DNA of 32,000 nt from Phycisphaera mikurensis NBRC 102666. GTDB taxonomy: Bacteria > Planctomycetota > Phycisphaerae > Phycisphaerales > Phycisphaeraceae. The position numbers were made by a program, and so were the translations under genes. Each line of letters begins with the position of its first letter. Position 1 is the first letter of the stretch. Shown here one piece after another: positions 19,115 through 26,923 of the stretch. Location: NCBI RefSeq assembly GCF_000284115.1, contig NC_017080.1, positions 1,590,001 through 1,622,000 on the forward strand, in the 5' to 3' direction. The notes under the pieces were generated by a model. That model worked only from the letters and a program-made list of their open reading frames with translations. It was not told where the DNA came from and made no database searches.

Positions 19115-20403
19115 CACGCCGGACCGTTGGGCACCGCCCACGCGTGCCGCGGGGCGATCGGGCACTCCAGCTGCGGCGTGGCGAGGGCCCGGCCGGCCAT
19201 CAGCCCCTGCTCGATGGTCAATTCCGCGGCCTGCTGGATCGCGTCGGCGAGGCCGTCGCGGTCGTGCAGCGTCGCGTTGAGGTGGTAGCCGCCGGGGGTC
19301 AGCGGCAGCTCCGGCACCTCGCAGAGGAACGCCGGCTCGTCCGTCGTCGTGTCGGTCGCCGCGGCGGCTTTGCTGGCGAAGCGGCACACCGGCCGGTTGT
19401 AGCCGTCGTACACCGCGAGGATGCACGAGAGCCCGCGGGTCACGCCGGAGAGGCCGACGCGGATCGTCGCGGGCTCGCCGTAGAGCAGGTAGCCCGGGGC
19501 GTCGGCGTTGTCACCTGACCAGGCCCGCAGCGAGGTGACCCGTGCCCGCTGGTGCCCCTCCCGGTCGGTCCGATCCGCGAGGTCGGCGGCCTCGACCGCG
19601 TTCTCCGCGAGGTACATCCGGACGGCCTCCGCGGGCGTGCCGCCGCCGATCAGCCGCCCCCGCTGCAGCACCACGGCCCGGTCGCACAGGCTCTGGATGC
19701 TGCCCATGTTGTGGCTGACGAAGAGGATCGTCCGCCCCTCGTCCGCGAAGGAGCGCATCTTGGCGACGCACTTCTTCTGGAACGCGGCGTCGCCCACGGC
19801 GAGAACCTCGTCGACGACGAGGATCTCCGGCTCGAGGTTGGAGGCCACCGCGAAAGCGAGCCGCACGTACATGCCGCTGGAGTAGCGCTTCACCGGGGTG
19901 TCGATGAAGCGGCCGATCTCCGAGAACGCCACGATCTCGTCGAACTTGTCGGCCACCTCGCGCCGCGACATCCCCAGCACCGCCCCGTTGAGGAAGACGT
20001 TCTCGCGGCCGGTGAGCTCGGGGTGGAAGCCGGTGCCCACCTCCAGCAGGCTGCCCATCCGGCCGTGGATGAAGGCTTCGCCCGCGGTGGGGTCGGTGAT
20101 GCGGGAGAGGATCTTCAGCAGCGTGGACTTGCCGGCCCCGTTGTGGCCGATCAGGCCGAGCACCTCGCCCCGCTGGACGTCGAAGCCGACGTCTCTGAGG
20201 GCCCAGAGGTCGCGCTCAGAGGATTGCGCCTCGTCCCCGCCGCCCGCGTCGCCGGTGGCGGCCGGGGTGCGGCCGCGGACGCGGTTACGCAGGCGGGCCG
20301 CGGCGGCGGCGACGGTGTCGCGCAGGTCGCCCCTGCCCTGCGGGCCCGTGCCCAGGCGGTAGTGCTTGGAGAGCCCCCTCACTTCGATCGCGGCTTGGGT
20401 CAT
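19114..20403 (-). CDS. wzt: polysaccharide/O-antigen ABC exporter ATP-binding protein with C-terminal extension (Wzt-type)
   Basis: 429 aa from the ATG at 20403, preceded by GAGGA 5 nt upstream. Walker A GHNGAGKSTLLK, signature YSSGMYVRLAFA, Walker B ILVVDEVLAVGD. About 170 further residues (RVTSLRAWSGD...YHLNATLHD...) sit where the Wzt glycan-binding beta-sandwich domain would be. Confidence 0.88.
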   Translation of the reverse strand: MTQAAIEVRGLSKHYRLGTGPQGRGDLRDTVAAAAARLRNRVRGRTPAATGDAGGGDEAQSSERDLWALRDVGFDVQRGEVLGLIGHNGAGKSTLLKILSRITDPTAGEAFIHGRMGSLLEVGTGFHPELTGRENVFLNGAVLGMSRREVADKFDEIVAFSEIGRFIDTPVKRYSSGMYVRLAFAVASNLEPEILVVDEVLAVGDAAFQKKCVAKMRSFADEGRTILFVSHNMGSIQSLCDRAVVLQRGRLIGGGTPAEAVRMYLAENAVEAADLADRTDREGHQRARVTSLRAWSGDNADAPGYLLYGEPATIRVGLSGVTRGLSCILAVYDGYNRPVCRFASKAAAATDTTTDEPAFLCEVPELPLTPGGYHLNATLHDRDGLADAIQQAAELTIEQGLMAGRALATPQLECPIAPRHAWAVPNGPA

Positions 20404-20411
20404 CGGGGTCC

Positions 20412-21287
20412 TCAGGCGACGTCGGCGAAGACCCGCTCGGCGCGGGCGAACCAGGCGACGCCGACGATCACCAGCACCGCCGACACCGCCAGCGAGATCA
20501 GCAGCCCCGGAACCCACAGCGGCAGGCCCAGCACCGCCCACTGGCCGAGCTTGACGAAGCCGACCGCGGGGTTCAGGTACGCGAGCGTCTGGAGGTGCTC
20601 GGGCAGCACCTCCAGCGGGTAGATCACCGCGCTCACGTAGAAGAGGATCTGCAGCCCCAGCGGGAGCACGTACTGCAGGTCGCGGAAGTTGACGGTCAGC
20701 GAGGCGCTGATGAGCCCGATGCCCAGCGCCGGCAGAGCGACGCCGACGAGGGCGAGCGGGGCGAGCACGACCCTCCACGAGAGCCCGACGTCCCACGCGG
20801 AGTCGGCGGCGTACCAGAGCGTCGCACCCAGCAGCAGGAGCAGCACCACCGCCGCGTCGGCGAGCGGCTTCCCGATCGAGGCGATCGGCAGCACCAGCCG
20901 CGGCACGTAGACCTTCCGCACGATGTGCCCGTTGTTGATGAGGCTGCCCGAGGCACCGTCGACCCCGGTCTTGAAGAAGTTCCAAACCAGCTGGCCGGCG
21001 AGGGCGAAGAGCGGGTAAGGCAGGTCGCGTCCGAAGCTCTCCTTGAGCATCTTCTCGACTCCCAGCGCCTTGCCGAAGACGATCGTGAAGACCAGCACCT
21101 GGGCCGCCGGGACCAGCAGCGCCCACGCGTAGCCGAAGAAGGTCTGCTTGTAGCGGACCTTCACGTCCCGCAGCGCGAACAGCCAGATGAGATCGCGGGC
21201 GCGCCAGAGCTCCGGCAGGTCCACCGCCTGCCAGCCGGCACGCGGCCGCAGGTGGATCGTCGGGTGCTCGGGGGCGGTGGCGGGCAT
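20412..21287 (-). CDS. wzm: ABC-2 type polysaccharide exporter permease (Wzm/KpsM/TagG family)
   Basis: 291 aa. The N-terminal block LWRARDLIWLFALRDVKVRYKQTFFGYAWALLVP is the ABC-2 signature. It has six predicted hydrophobic helices and lies directly upstream of wzt. Confidence 0.88.
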   Translation of the reverse strand: MPATAPEHPTIHLRPRAGWQAVDLPELWRARDLIWLFALRDVKVRYKQTFFGYAWALLVPAAQVLVFTIVFGKALGVEKMLKESFGRDLPYPLFALAGQLVWNFFKTGVDGASGSLINNGHIVRKVYVPRLVLPIASIGKPLADAAVVLLLLLGATLWYAADSAWDVGLSWRVVLAPLALVGVALPALGIGLISASLTVNFRDLQYVLPLGLQILFYVSAVIYPLEVLPEHLQTLAYLNPAVGFVKLGQWAVLGLPLWVPGLLISLAVSAVLVIVGVAWFARAERVFADVA

Positions 21288-21322
21288 GCTCGGGCGGGGC
21301 GGCGGCGGGGTGGTCGCCGGTT

Positions 21323-21368
21323 CCGCGGACCGTGGGGCGTCGATGCTCCTGCGCCTCGCGGTCCGCGG
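21323..21368. repeat. BP46 bipartite palindrome, perfect intergenic copy between nnrD and wzm
   Basis: CCGCGGACCG (21323-21332), a 26-nt spacer, then CGGTCCGCGG (21359-21368). The spacer ends can extend the stem by about 8 pairs if G-U wobbles are allowed on the plus-strand RNA. Confidence 0.85.
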
Positions 21369-21381
21369 CGCGGGCGGGAAA

Positions 21382-22227
21382 TTAGCGGACCGGCCTCAAC
21401 GCGGCCGGCAGTCGATCCGCCAGATCGCGGGCCTTGAGCCCGGCGGGGCCGTGCCCGGCCGCCCAGGCGTCGGCGGCGGCGCCGTGCGCGTGCGCGGCCA
21501 GGCGGGCGGCTTCGAACGTCGCCATCCCCTGGGCGAGCAGGCCCGCGAGCAGGCCCGTGAGCACGTCGCCGGTCCCGGCGGTGGCGAGGGCGGGGTTGCC
21601 GGTGGTGTTGGTCGCCTCCCGCTCGCCGTCAGAGATCCGGGTTTCGCGGCCTTTGAGCACGACGGTGCAGCCGTGGGCGCGGGCGAGCTCCGCGGCGGCT
21701 GCACCGCGGCGGTCGGGGTGGATGGGGTCGGCGTCGAGCCCGAGTGCCCGGGCGAGGCGGCGGAACTCGCCGGGGTGGGGCGTGAGCACGCGGCGGCCGG
21801 GCCCGGCGCCGCGGCGGCCCGAGGCGGCGAGGGCGTTGAGGCCGTCGGCGTCGAGCACGAGCGGACGGGGGCCGTCGAGGAGGCCGTCGAGGGCGGGCAG
21901 GAGGCGGTCGCCATCGCCGAGGCCCGGCCCCACCGCCAGGACCGCCCCGCCGTCGGGATCGGCCGCGTCCAGCGCCGCGGGCCAGTGAGAAGCATCGGCG
22001 GGCAGCGGGACGCCCGTGGCCGAGGGCTCGATCCCCAACGCGTGCGGCAGGACCGCGGCGGGCACGGCGAGCTTCACGAGCCCGGCGCCGCCGCGGAGGG
22101 CGGCGCCGGCGGCCAGCGCCGGGGCCCCGATCATCGCCTCGCTCCCGCCGAGGACGATCACCGTGCCGAAGGTGCCCTTGTGCCCGTCGGCCGGCCGGTC
22201 CGGCGGGTCGGGGAGCGGCGGGCTCAC
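21382..22227 (-). CDS. nnrD: ADP-dependent NAD(P)H-hydrate dehydratase (YjeF C-terminal domain only)
   Basis: 281 aa from the GTG at 22227. Blocks HKGTFGTVIVLGGS, AVGPGLG, TPHPGEF, VVLKG and GNPALATAGTGDVLTGLLAGLLAQG. There is no N-terminal epimerase (YjeF_N) domain. Confidence 0.85.
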   Translation of the reverse strand: MSPPLPDPPDRPADGHKGTFGTVIVLGGSEAMIGAPALAAGAALRGGAGLVKLAVPAAVLPHALGIEPSATGVPLPADASHWPAALDAADPDGGAVLAVGPGLGDGDRLLPALDGLLDGPRPLVLDADGLNALAASGRRGAGPGRRVLTPHPGEFRRLARALGLDADPIHPDRRGAAAAELARAHGCTVVLKGRETRISDGEREATNTTGNPALATAGTGDVLTGLLAGLLAQGMATFEAARLAAHAHGAAADAWAAGHGPAGLKARDLADRLPAALRPVR

Positions 22228-22511
22228 GGCGCGAGAACTTCGAAGAGGCGGGGCGGCCGGGGGGAGGCCCAGGCGAACACGGGAGCGTCGGCGTCGGCCG
22301 CGGGGGGCTGGGCCCGCGACGCCGCCGCCTGCCGCGGCCGGAGCGGGTCGGCGGGCCGCGCCCCGTCCCGCGCCAGCGACCAGCTTGGCGCAATCAGATC
22401 CGGCGTCCAGCCGGCGGAGCCGGGCGCAGCGCACCCGCCCGCGAGGGCGCAGGCGGCGAGGGCGACGCCGGCGAGGGCGGGCGTTGCGGCGGGGCGTCGG
22501 GCGGCGTGCAT
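22224..22511 (-). CDS. small putative lipoprotein
   Basis: 95 aa from the ATG at 22511. MHAARRPAATPALAGVALAACALAGGCAAP has a signal peptide plus lipobox-like LAGGC. The stop overlaps the nnrD GTG start (GTGA). I recognise no homology. Confidence 0.45.
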   Translation of the reverse strand: MHAARRPAATPALAGVALAACALAGGCAAPGSAGWTPDLIAPSWSLARDGARPADPLRPRQAAASRAQPPAADADAPVFAWASPRPPRLFEVLAP

Positions 22512-22746
22512 GGCGAGGCGGAAGCAAGCGGCGGGGCGGCGGACCGGTGCGAACCGGGGCGGGGGGCACGGCCGCGGGAAGGCGGCTTCGTCCATCGGCT
22601 TCTTGCGGCAATCGGCTTCCGAATCCGGCCCGGGCGAGCAGCCACGCGGCTCCGCCGACCGCCCGGCACGGGCCGCCGGCGTGCCGCAAGCCCGGGTCCC
22701 GAGGCCGCTTGCAATCGCTTGGCTCCGGCTCTGTTAGCGTCCGCGC

Positions 22747-24054
22747 ATGCACGACGCGGACGCTGAGCCGATCCGGGGCACGGCGGAGCCCATGGAAGCC
22801 CGGCTCGCCCGGCTCGAGCGGGCGCAGTCGGAGCTCGCCGCGCGGGTGGCCGCGCGGGATGCCGCCGCCTCGCTGCGGGCGGACGTCAGCCGACGCCGGC
22901 TCCGCAAGCGCGAGGCGGACCTGGAAGCCGCCGGCGGCGGCAGCTGGTCGTGGCGGCCGCAGACCGGCGACCCCCGCTTCAGCCCGGCCTGCCGCCGCGT
23001 GCTGGGCCCGGGGCGGCGTGGGCTCGCCGCGGGCCGCGGGCCCATCCTGGCGGATCCCGACGCCTCGCCGCCGCGGGTGCGCGACACCCGCGAGCTCTGC
23101 CTCGCCCGGCTCCATCCCCTCGACGTCGAGGCCTTCGAGACCGAGCTCAACGCCTTCCTCCTCGGCGGCGGCGACCGCTTCCACCGCTGCGTGCGGGTGC
23201 GCAACCACAACGGGCGCTGGATCCGCGTGATCGTCGCCGCGGGAGCGACCGCCGCGAGCAGCGACGGGCGGGTGAGCCGCGTCGCCGGGCTCATCCTGCT
23301 CTTGCCGGTCTCGCCTGAAGCCGCCCGCGGCAGCGGCGGCGCCGACGCCGATCGGGAGCCCGAAGCCCTCGCAGCGCTCTCCAGCCTCGCCGAGCACGAC
23401 CTCCGCTCGCCGCTGCGGACGATCATCGGCTTTTCCGAGCACCTCGACGGCCTGGTCGTGGGCGACTCCGACGCCGCCGACGCCGTCGCCCGCATCCGCC
23501 GGGCGGGCGCCCGGATGGCCACGCTGGTCGATCGGGTGGACGTGTTCGCGAGCCTGGCGCGGGGGCGGCGTCGCGACGGCGTGGTCGACCTGGCGGAGGT
23601 TGCCGCCGAGGCCGTGCTCCGCTTGGAGAACGAGGCGGAGGCCGCGGGGGCAGAGGTTCACGTCCACGAACTCCCGATCGTCTGCGGCGACCGCGTGATG
23701 CTCCTCCACGTCTTCGAGCAGCTCATCGACAACGCCATCCGCCACGGCAAGCACGAGCCCGCGGTGGTCAACATCGACGCCGAGTCCGCGGGCGAGAGCG
23801 TCCGGATCCACGTCACCGACAGCGGCGCCGGCTTCGACCCCGCGATGGCGGAGGCGATGTTCGAGCCCTTCGTGAGCCTCCGCGCGCGGGAGGGCGTCGG
23901 GCCCGGGGGCGGCCTGGGCCTGTCGATCGCCCGCCGCGCGGTCGAACGCCACGGCGGGACGATCGTTGCCGAGCCCGCCCCGGCGGGCACCGGCAGCCGC
24001 TTCGTGATCACGCTGCCGATCCGACCCGCCGCGGCGGCCGCCGACGCGGGCTGA
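22747..24054 (+). CDS. soluble PAS-domain sensor histidine kinase
   Basis: 435 aa. It has an N-terminal coiled-coil-like segment and a PAS-like core (WSWRPQTGDPRFSPA...LHPLDVEAF...RVRNHNGRWIRV). H-box LAEHDLRSPLRTIIGF, N-box LIDNAIRHG, G1 DSGAGFDP, G2 GGGLGLSIARRAVERHGG. I saw no transmembrane segment and there is no adjacent response regulator. Confidence 0.85.
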   Translation: MHDADAEPIRGTAEPMEARLARLERAQSELAARVAARDAAASLRADVSRRRLRKREADLEAAGGGSWSWRPQTGDPRFSPACRRVLGPGRRGLAAGRGPILADPDASPPRVRDTRELCLARLHPLDVEAFETELNAFLLGGGDRFHRCVRVRNHNGRWIRVIVAAGATAASSDGRVSRVAGLILLLPVSPEAARGSGGADADREPEALAALSSLAEHDLRSPLRTIIGFSEHLDGLVVGDSDAADAVARIRRAGARMATLVDRVDVFASLARGRRRDGVVDLAEVAAEAVLRLENEAEAAGAEVHVHELPIVCGDRVMLLHVFEQLIDNAIRHGKHEPAVVNIDAESAGESVRIHVTDSGAGFDPAMAEAMFEPFVSLRAREGVGPGGGLGLSIARRAVERHGGTIVAEPAPAGTGSRFVITLPIRPAAAAADAG

Positions 24055-24123
24055 CGCGGGCCGACGCACATCCCGGAGCGGCCGCGAGCGACCCGCCGCC
24101 GGGCCGCGCTATGCTCGCCGCCG

Positions 24124-25092
24124 ATGCACATCGCCGATCTCCTTGACCGCGGCCGGCCGAGCTTCTCCTTCGAGTTCTTCCCGCCGAAGACCGCCGAGGC
24201 GAGCGACGAACTCTTCGCCACCATCCTCGAGCTCCGCGAGCTCGGACCCGACTTCGTCGACGTGACCTACGGCGCCGGCGGCTCGACCCGCGACCTCACC
24301 GCCGAGCTGGTCGCCCGCATCCGCCGCGAGGCGGAGCTGGAGACGATCCCGCACCTCACCTGCGTGTGCCACAGCCGCGAGGATCTCGAGGCCATCCTGG
24401 AGGGCTGGGCCGCGGACGGCGTGAGCAACGTGCTGGCCCTCGGCGGCGACCTCCCGCGCGACAAGCCCGACTGGGACCGGAGCCGAGACGCCTGCCGCCA
24501 CGCCGCCGACCTGGTGGCGCTCATCAAGCAAATCGGCGAGAGCGGCCACGCGGAAGCCCGCGGCTTCGGCGTCGGCGTCGCCGGCTTCCCCGAGGGCCAC
24601 CCCGGCACGCCCAACCGCATGGAGGAGATGGACCACCTCAAGGCCAAGGTCGACGCCGGCGCCGACTACATCTGCACGCAGATGTTTTTCGACAACCACG
24701 ACTTCTACGACTTCCGCGAGCGCTGCGAGCTCGCAGGCGTGGGTGTCCCGATCGTCGCCGGCATCATGCCCATCACCTCGGCCAAAGGGATGCGCCGCAT
24801 GGCCGAGCTCGCCGCGGGCAGCCGCTACCCCGCCTCTCTGCTCAAGAGCGTGAAGCGGGCCGTCGACGCCGCGTCGCCCGCGGGCGAGCGGGCCGTCGAC
24901 GACGCCGTGAGCGACATCGGCGTCCACTGGGCGACCGAGCAGTCGCGCGACCTGCTCGACCACGGCGTCGCCGGCCTCCACTACTACACGCTCAACCGCA
25001 GCGACGCGACGCGGAAGGTCTACAAGTCGCTGGGCATCACGCCCCGGCTGGCCGGAGCCGAGGCGGCGCGGGAGGCGGCCCCGTCCAGCTGA
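24124..25092 (+). CDS. metF: 5,10-methylenetetrahydrofolate reductase
   Basis: 322 aa. Blocks [29 protein letters not shown] and [10 protein letters not shown]. Confidence 0.92.
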   Translation: MHIADLLDRGRPSFSFEFFPPKTAEASDELFATILELRELGPDFVDVTYGAGGSTRDLTAELVARIRREAELETIPHLTCVCHSREDLEAILEGWAADGVSNVLALGGDLPRDKPDWDRSRDACRHAADLVALIKQIGESGHAEARGFGVGVAGFPEGHPGTPNRMEEMDHLKAKVDAGADYICTQMFFDNHDFYDFRERCELAGVGVPIVAGIMPITSAKGMRRMAELAAGSRYPASLLKSVKRAVDAASPAGERAVDDAVSDIGVHWATEQSRDLLDHGVAGLHYYTLNRSDATRKVYKSLGITPRLAGAEAAREAAPSS

Positions 25093-25112
25093 GGCGGAGC
25101 GCACGCTCCGCC
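25093..25112 (+). terminator. candidate hairpin immediately after the metF stop
   Basis: GGCGGAGC-GCAC-GCTCCGCC, an 8-bp GC stem with a 4-nt loop, starts at the base after the TGA. No U-tract follows, so it is not a canonical intrinsic terminator. Confidence 0.35.
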
Positions 25113-25152
25113 GACGGCCTCGGGCGGCTTCGGGCTCCCGCGGCGGACCCGA

Positions 25153-25169
25153 CGCTCTTTCGAAGAGCG
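25153..25169 (-). terminator. candidate hairpin downstream of the lipoprotein gene
   Basis: CGCTCTT-TCG-AAGAGCG, a 7-bp stem, lies 15 nt beyond the stop at 25184 in a convergent junction. It is short and has no U-tract. Confidence 0.25.
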
Positions 25170-25183
25170 GTCGCGCCCCTCCG

Positions 25184-26158
25184 TCAGGCCGGCCCGACGA
25201 TCAGCAGGATCTGCGGTTCCCCGCGCGGGTGGGCCCGGCCGGTGAAGAGCGCCCGGCCCAGGTGGGCCGGCAGCGGCGCCGGAGCCTCCAGGACGCGGGT
25301 CGGGGGGAGCACGCCCCCGCCGGCGGGAGCCTCCGCGGGGGCCTCCGCTCCGGCCTCGGCTCGCCGCGGGTCGGCCGTCGCCAGCCCCGTCGCCTCGCGT
25401 GCGAGCCCGATCACGGCGTAGCCGCCGGCCGGAACCCCGACGCGGAGCGACAGCGTGTCGAAGCGGCGGCCCTGGCGTTCCTTCTCCTGTGCCGTTCGTG
25501 CTTCGAGGCTCGCCGTCGGCTTCTGGTGCAGCGGCGTGAGGCGCAAGCCCAGCGACCGCCCGGCGGGCAGCAGCTCCATCAGCAGCGCGGCGCGGCCGCC
25601 GAGCATCTGCGCCCGGCGGGGCGCCCACGGCGGCACCGTCAGGTCCACCGCCACCGGCAGCACCAGCGGCGGGGACCGCCGGATCAGCACCGGCCCGTCG
25701 GGCCGCTCGATGCGAAACGCCCGGTCCGACCACGCCGCCGGCAGCGCCGCGAGGAAGGGTTCCAGGCGATCGGGGGGCAGCACACCGACGCGCAGCCCGT
25801 TCGCCCGCCAGACGCCGCGTGCCAGCGGCGGCGCCGCGTCCTCGTCCACCAGCGCCCACGCCGGCTCGAGCGAGACGTCCAGCGGCAGCAACGCCCGCGT
25901 CAGCCGCACCGACACCGCCGGTGCGCCGGCCCCCGGCTGCGGCGGGAGCGCCAGCGGCTCCGCCGGCGCGAGCTCGCCGAAGGTGGGGAAGGCGGCGGAG
26001 GAGCCGGCCGGCGCCGGCGCGACGCACCCGCCCGCGAGCAGGCAAGCGGCCGCGGCGGCCGCGAGCCGCCGCCGGACGCCCGCCGGTGGAGACCGGTGCC
26101 ACCCGGGCGGACGCCGCCGCGCGGCCGGCCCGCAACGCCTGTTCCTTCGATTTGCCAC
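25184..26158 (-). CDS. putative lipoprotein, function unknown
   Basis: The frame of ORF 25184..26317 contains [20 protein letters not shown] (h-region plus lipobox-like LAGGC). A signal peptide must be N-terminal, so the GTG at 26158 is the nearest usable start (324 aa). ATG 26317 would bury the signal about 80 residues in. Confidence 0.55.
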   Translation of the reverse strand: MANRRNRRCGPAARRRPPGWHRSPPAGVRRRLAAAAAACLLAGGCVAPAPAGSSAAFPTFGELAPAEPLALPPQPGAGAPAVSVRLTRALLPLDVSLEPAWALVDEDAAPPLARGVWRANGLRVGVLPPDRLEPFLAALPAAWSDRAFRIERPDGPVLIRRSPPLVLPVAVDLTVPPWAPRRAQMLGGRAALLMELLPAGRSLGLRLTPLHQKPTASLEARTAQEKERQGRRFDTLSLRVGVPAGGYAVIGLAREATGLATADPRRAEAGAEAPAEAPAGGGVLPPTRVLEAPAPLPAHLGRALFTGRAHPRGEPQILLIVGPA

Positions 26159-26173
26159 AGCCGGCAGGCTACC

Positions 26174-26221
26174 GCCGCGGACCGCGGCCCGATCCCGCCG
26201 AAACGCCCGACGGTCCGCGGC
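26174..26221. repeat. BP46 bipartite palindrome, perfect intergenic copy downstream of the HU gene
   Basis: GCCGCGGACCG (26174-26184), a 26-nt spacer, then CGGTCCGCGGC (26211-26221). The arms are 11 bp. Read on the minus strand, the spacer begins TCGGGCGTTTCG, like the copy at 9704 (TCGGCGTTTCG). Confidence 0.85.
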
Positions 26222-26353
26222 CCTCGGCGTCGCGGCGGGGTCCCGACGCGCACGCCCAAGCCCTTCGGCCGCGGCCGGGAGAGCGTCGTCCGCACCGGTC
26301 GCGTTGGGTCGCCGCACCCGGCTTCGGGAAACCGGGCACGGGCCCGAGCGGCC

Positions 26354-26923
26354 TTAGTTCACGTACTCCTTGAGGTTCTTGAGTGCCCGGACCTTCACCG
26401 CCTTCGAAGCGGGCTTGGCCTTGATCATGATGTCCTCGCCCGTGAAGGGGTTGCGGCCGGGCCGCGCCTTGGTGGCGGGCTTCTTCACGACGGTCAGCTT
26501 CGCGAGGCTGAGGAGGTTGAACTCGCCGTGCTTCTTGAGCGAGGCGGCCATCTCGGCCTCAAGCTGGTCGAGCACGTCGACGACCTGCTTGCGGGAGAGG
26601 TCGCACTTGTCGGCGAGCGTGCGGTACAGCTCCGCCTTCGTCGGCGGCTTCGTCCCGGCGCTGCCCTTGCGGGGGCCCGACGAGGCGGTCTTGCTGGCCG
26701 CGGCCTTCTTCGCGGTCTTCTTGGCCGGCGACTTCTTCGCCGGGGCTTTCTTTGCGGGCGCCTTCTTCGCCGCGCTCTTCTTCGCCGGAGCCTTCTTCGC
26801 CGCGGCCTTCTTGGCGGGGGCCTTCTTGGCAGGCGCCTTCTTCGCGGGCGCCTTCTTGGCCGGGCTCTTCTTGGCGGGCGCCTTCTTGGCGGGGCTCTTC
26901 TTGGCGGGGGTCTTCTTGGCCAT
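26354..26923 (-). CDS. HU/IHF-family DNA-binding protein with N-terminal Lys/Ala/Pro-rich (histone H1-like) tail
   Basis: 189 aa. Residues 1-~95 are [19 protein letters not shown]... (about 14 AKKxP/A pentapeptides). The C-terminal ~93 aa is an HU fold ([12 protein letters not shown]...[18 protein letters not shown]...[11 protein letters not shown]). Confidence 0.9.
   Translation of the reverse strand: MAKKTPAKKSPAKKAPAKKSPAKKAPAKKAPAKKAPAKKAAAKKAPAKKSAAKKAPAKKAPAKKSPAKKTAKKAAASKTASSGPRKGSAGTKPPTKAELYRTLADKCDLSRKQVVDVLDQLEAEMAASLKKHGEFNLLSLAKLTVVKKPATKARPGRNPFTGEDIMIKAKPASKAVKVRALKNLKEYVN
26705..26920. repeat. 15-bp tandem periodicity inside the HU-tail coding region
   Basis: GCCTTCTTGGCGGGC-type units repeat about 14 times on the plus strand. 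They encode the AKKxP pentapeptide repeats. Confidence 0.85.

Noticed and set aside
22594-22690. Direct repeat ATCGGCTTC x2 (22594, 22611) and inverted 9-mers CTTGCGGCA / TGCCGCAAG (22602, 22682) upstream of the histidine kinase as operator sites
   Set aside because: These are short motifs in a 235-bp GC-rich gap. There is no known consensus to compare with, and chance occurrence cannot be excluded without genome-wide statistics.
26159-26317. Long N-terminal extension of the lipoprotein (ATG 26317)
   Set aside because: It would place the signal peptide and lipobox about 80-98 residues from the N-terminus, which is incompatible with Sec/Lsp processing. GTG 26158 is preferred. The extension is not fully excluded (see the finding on 26159-26353).
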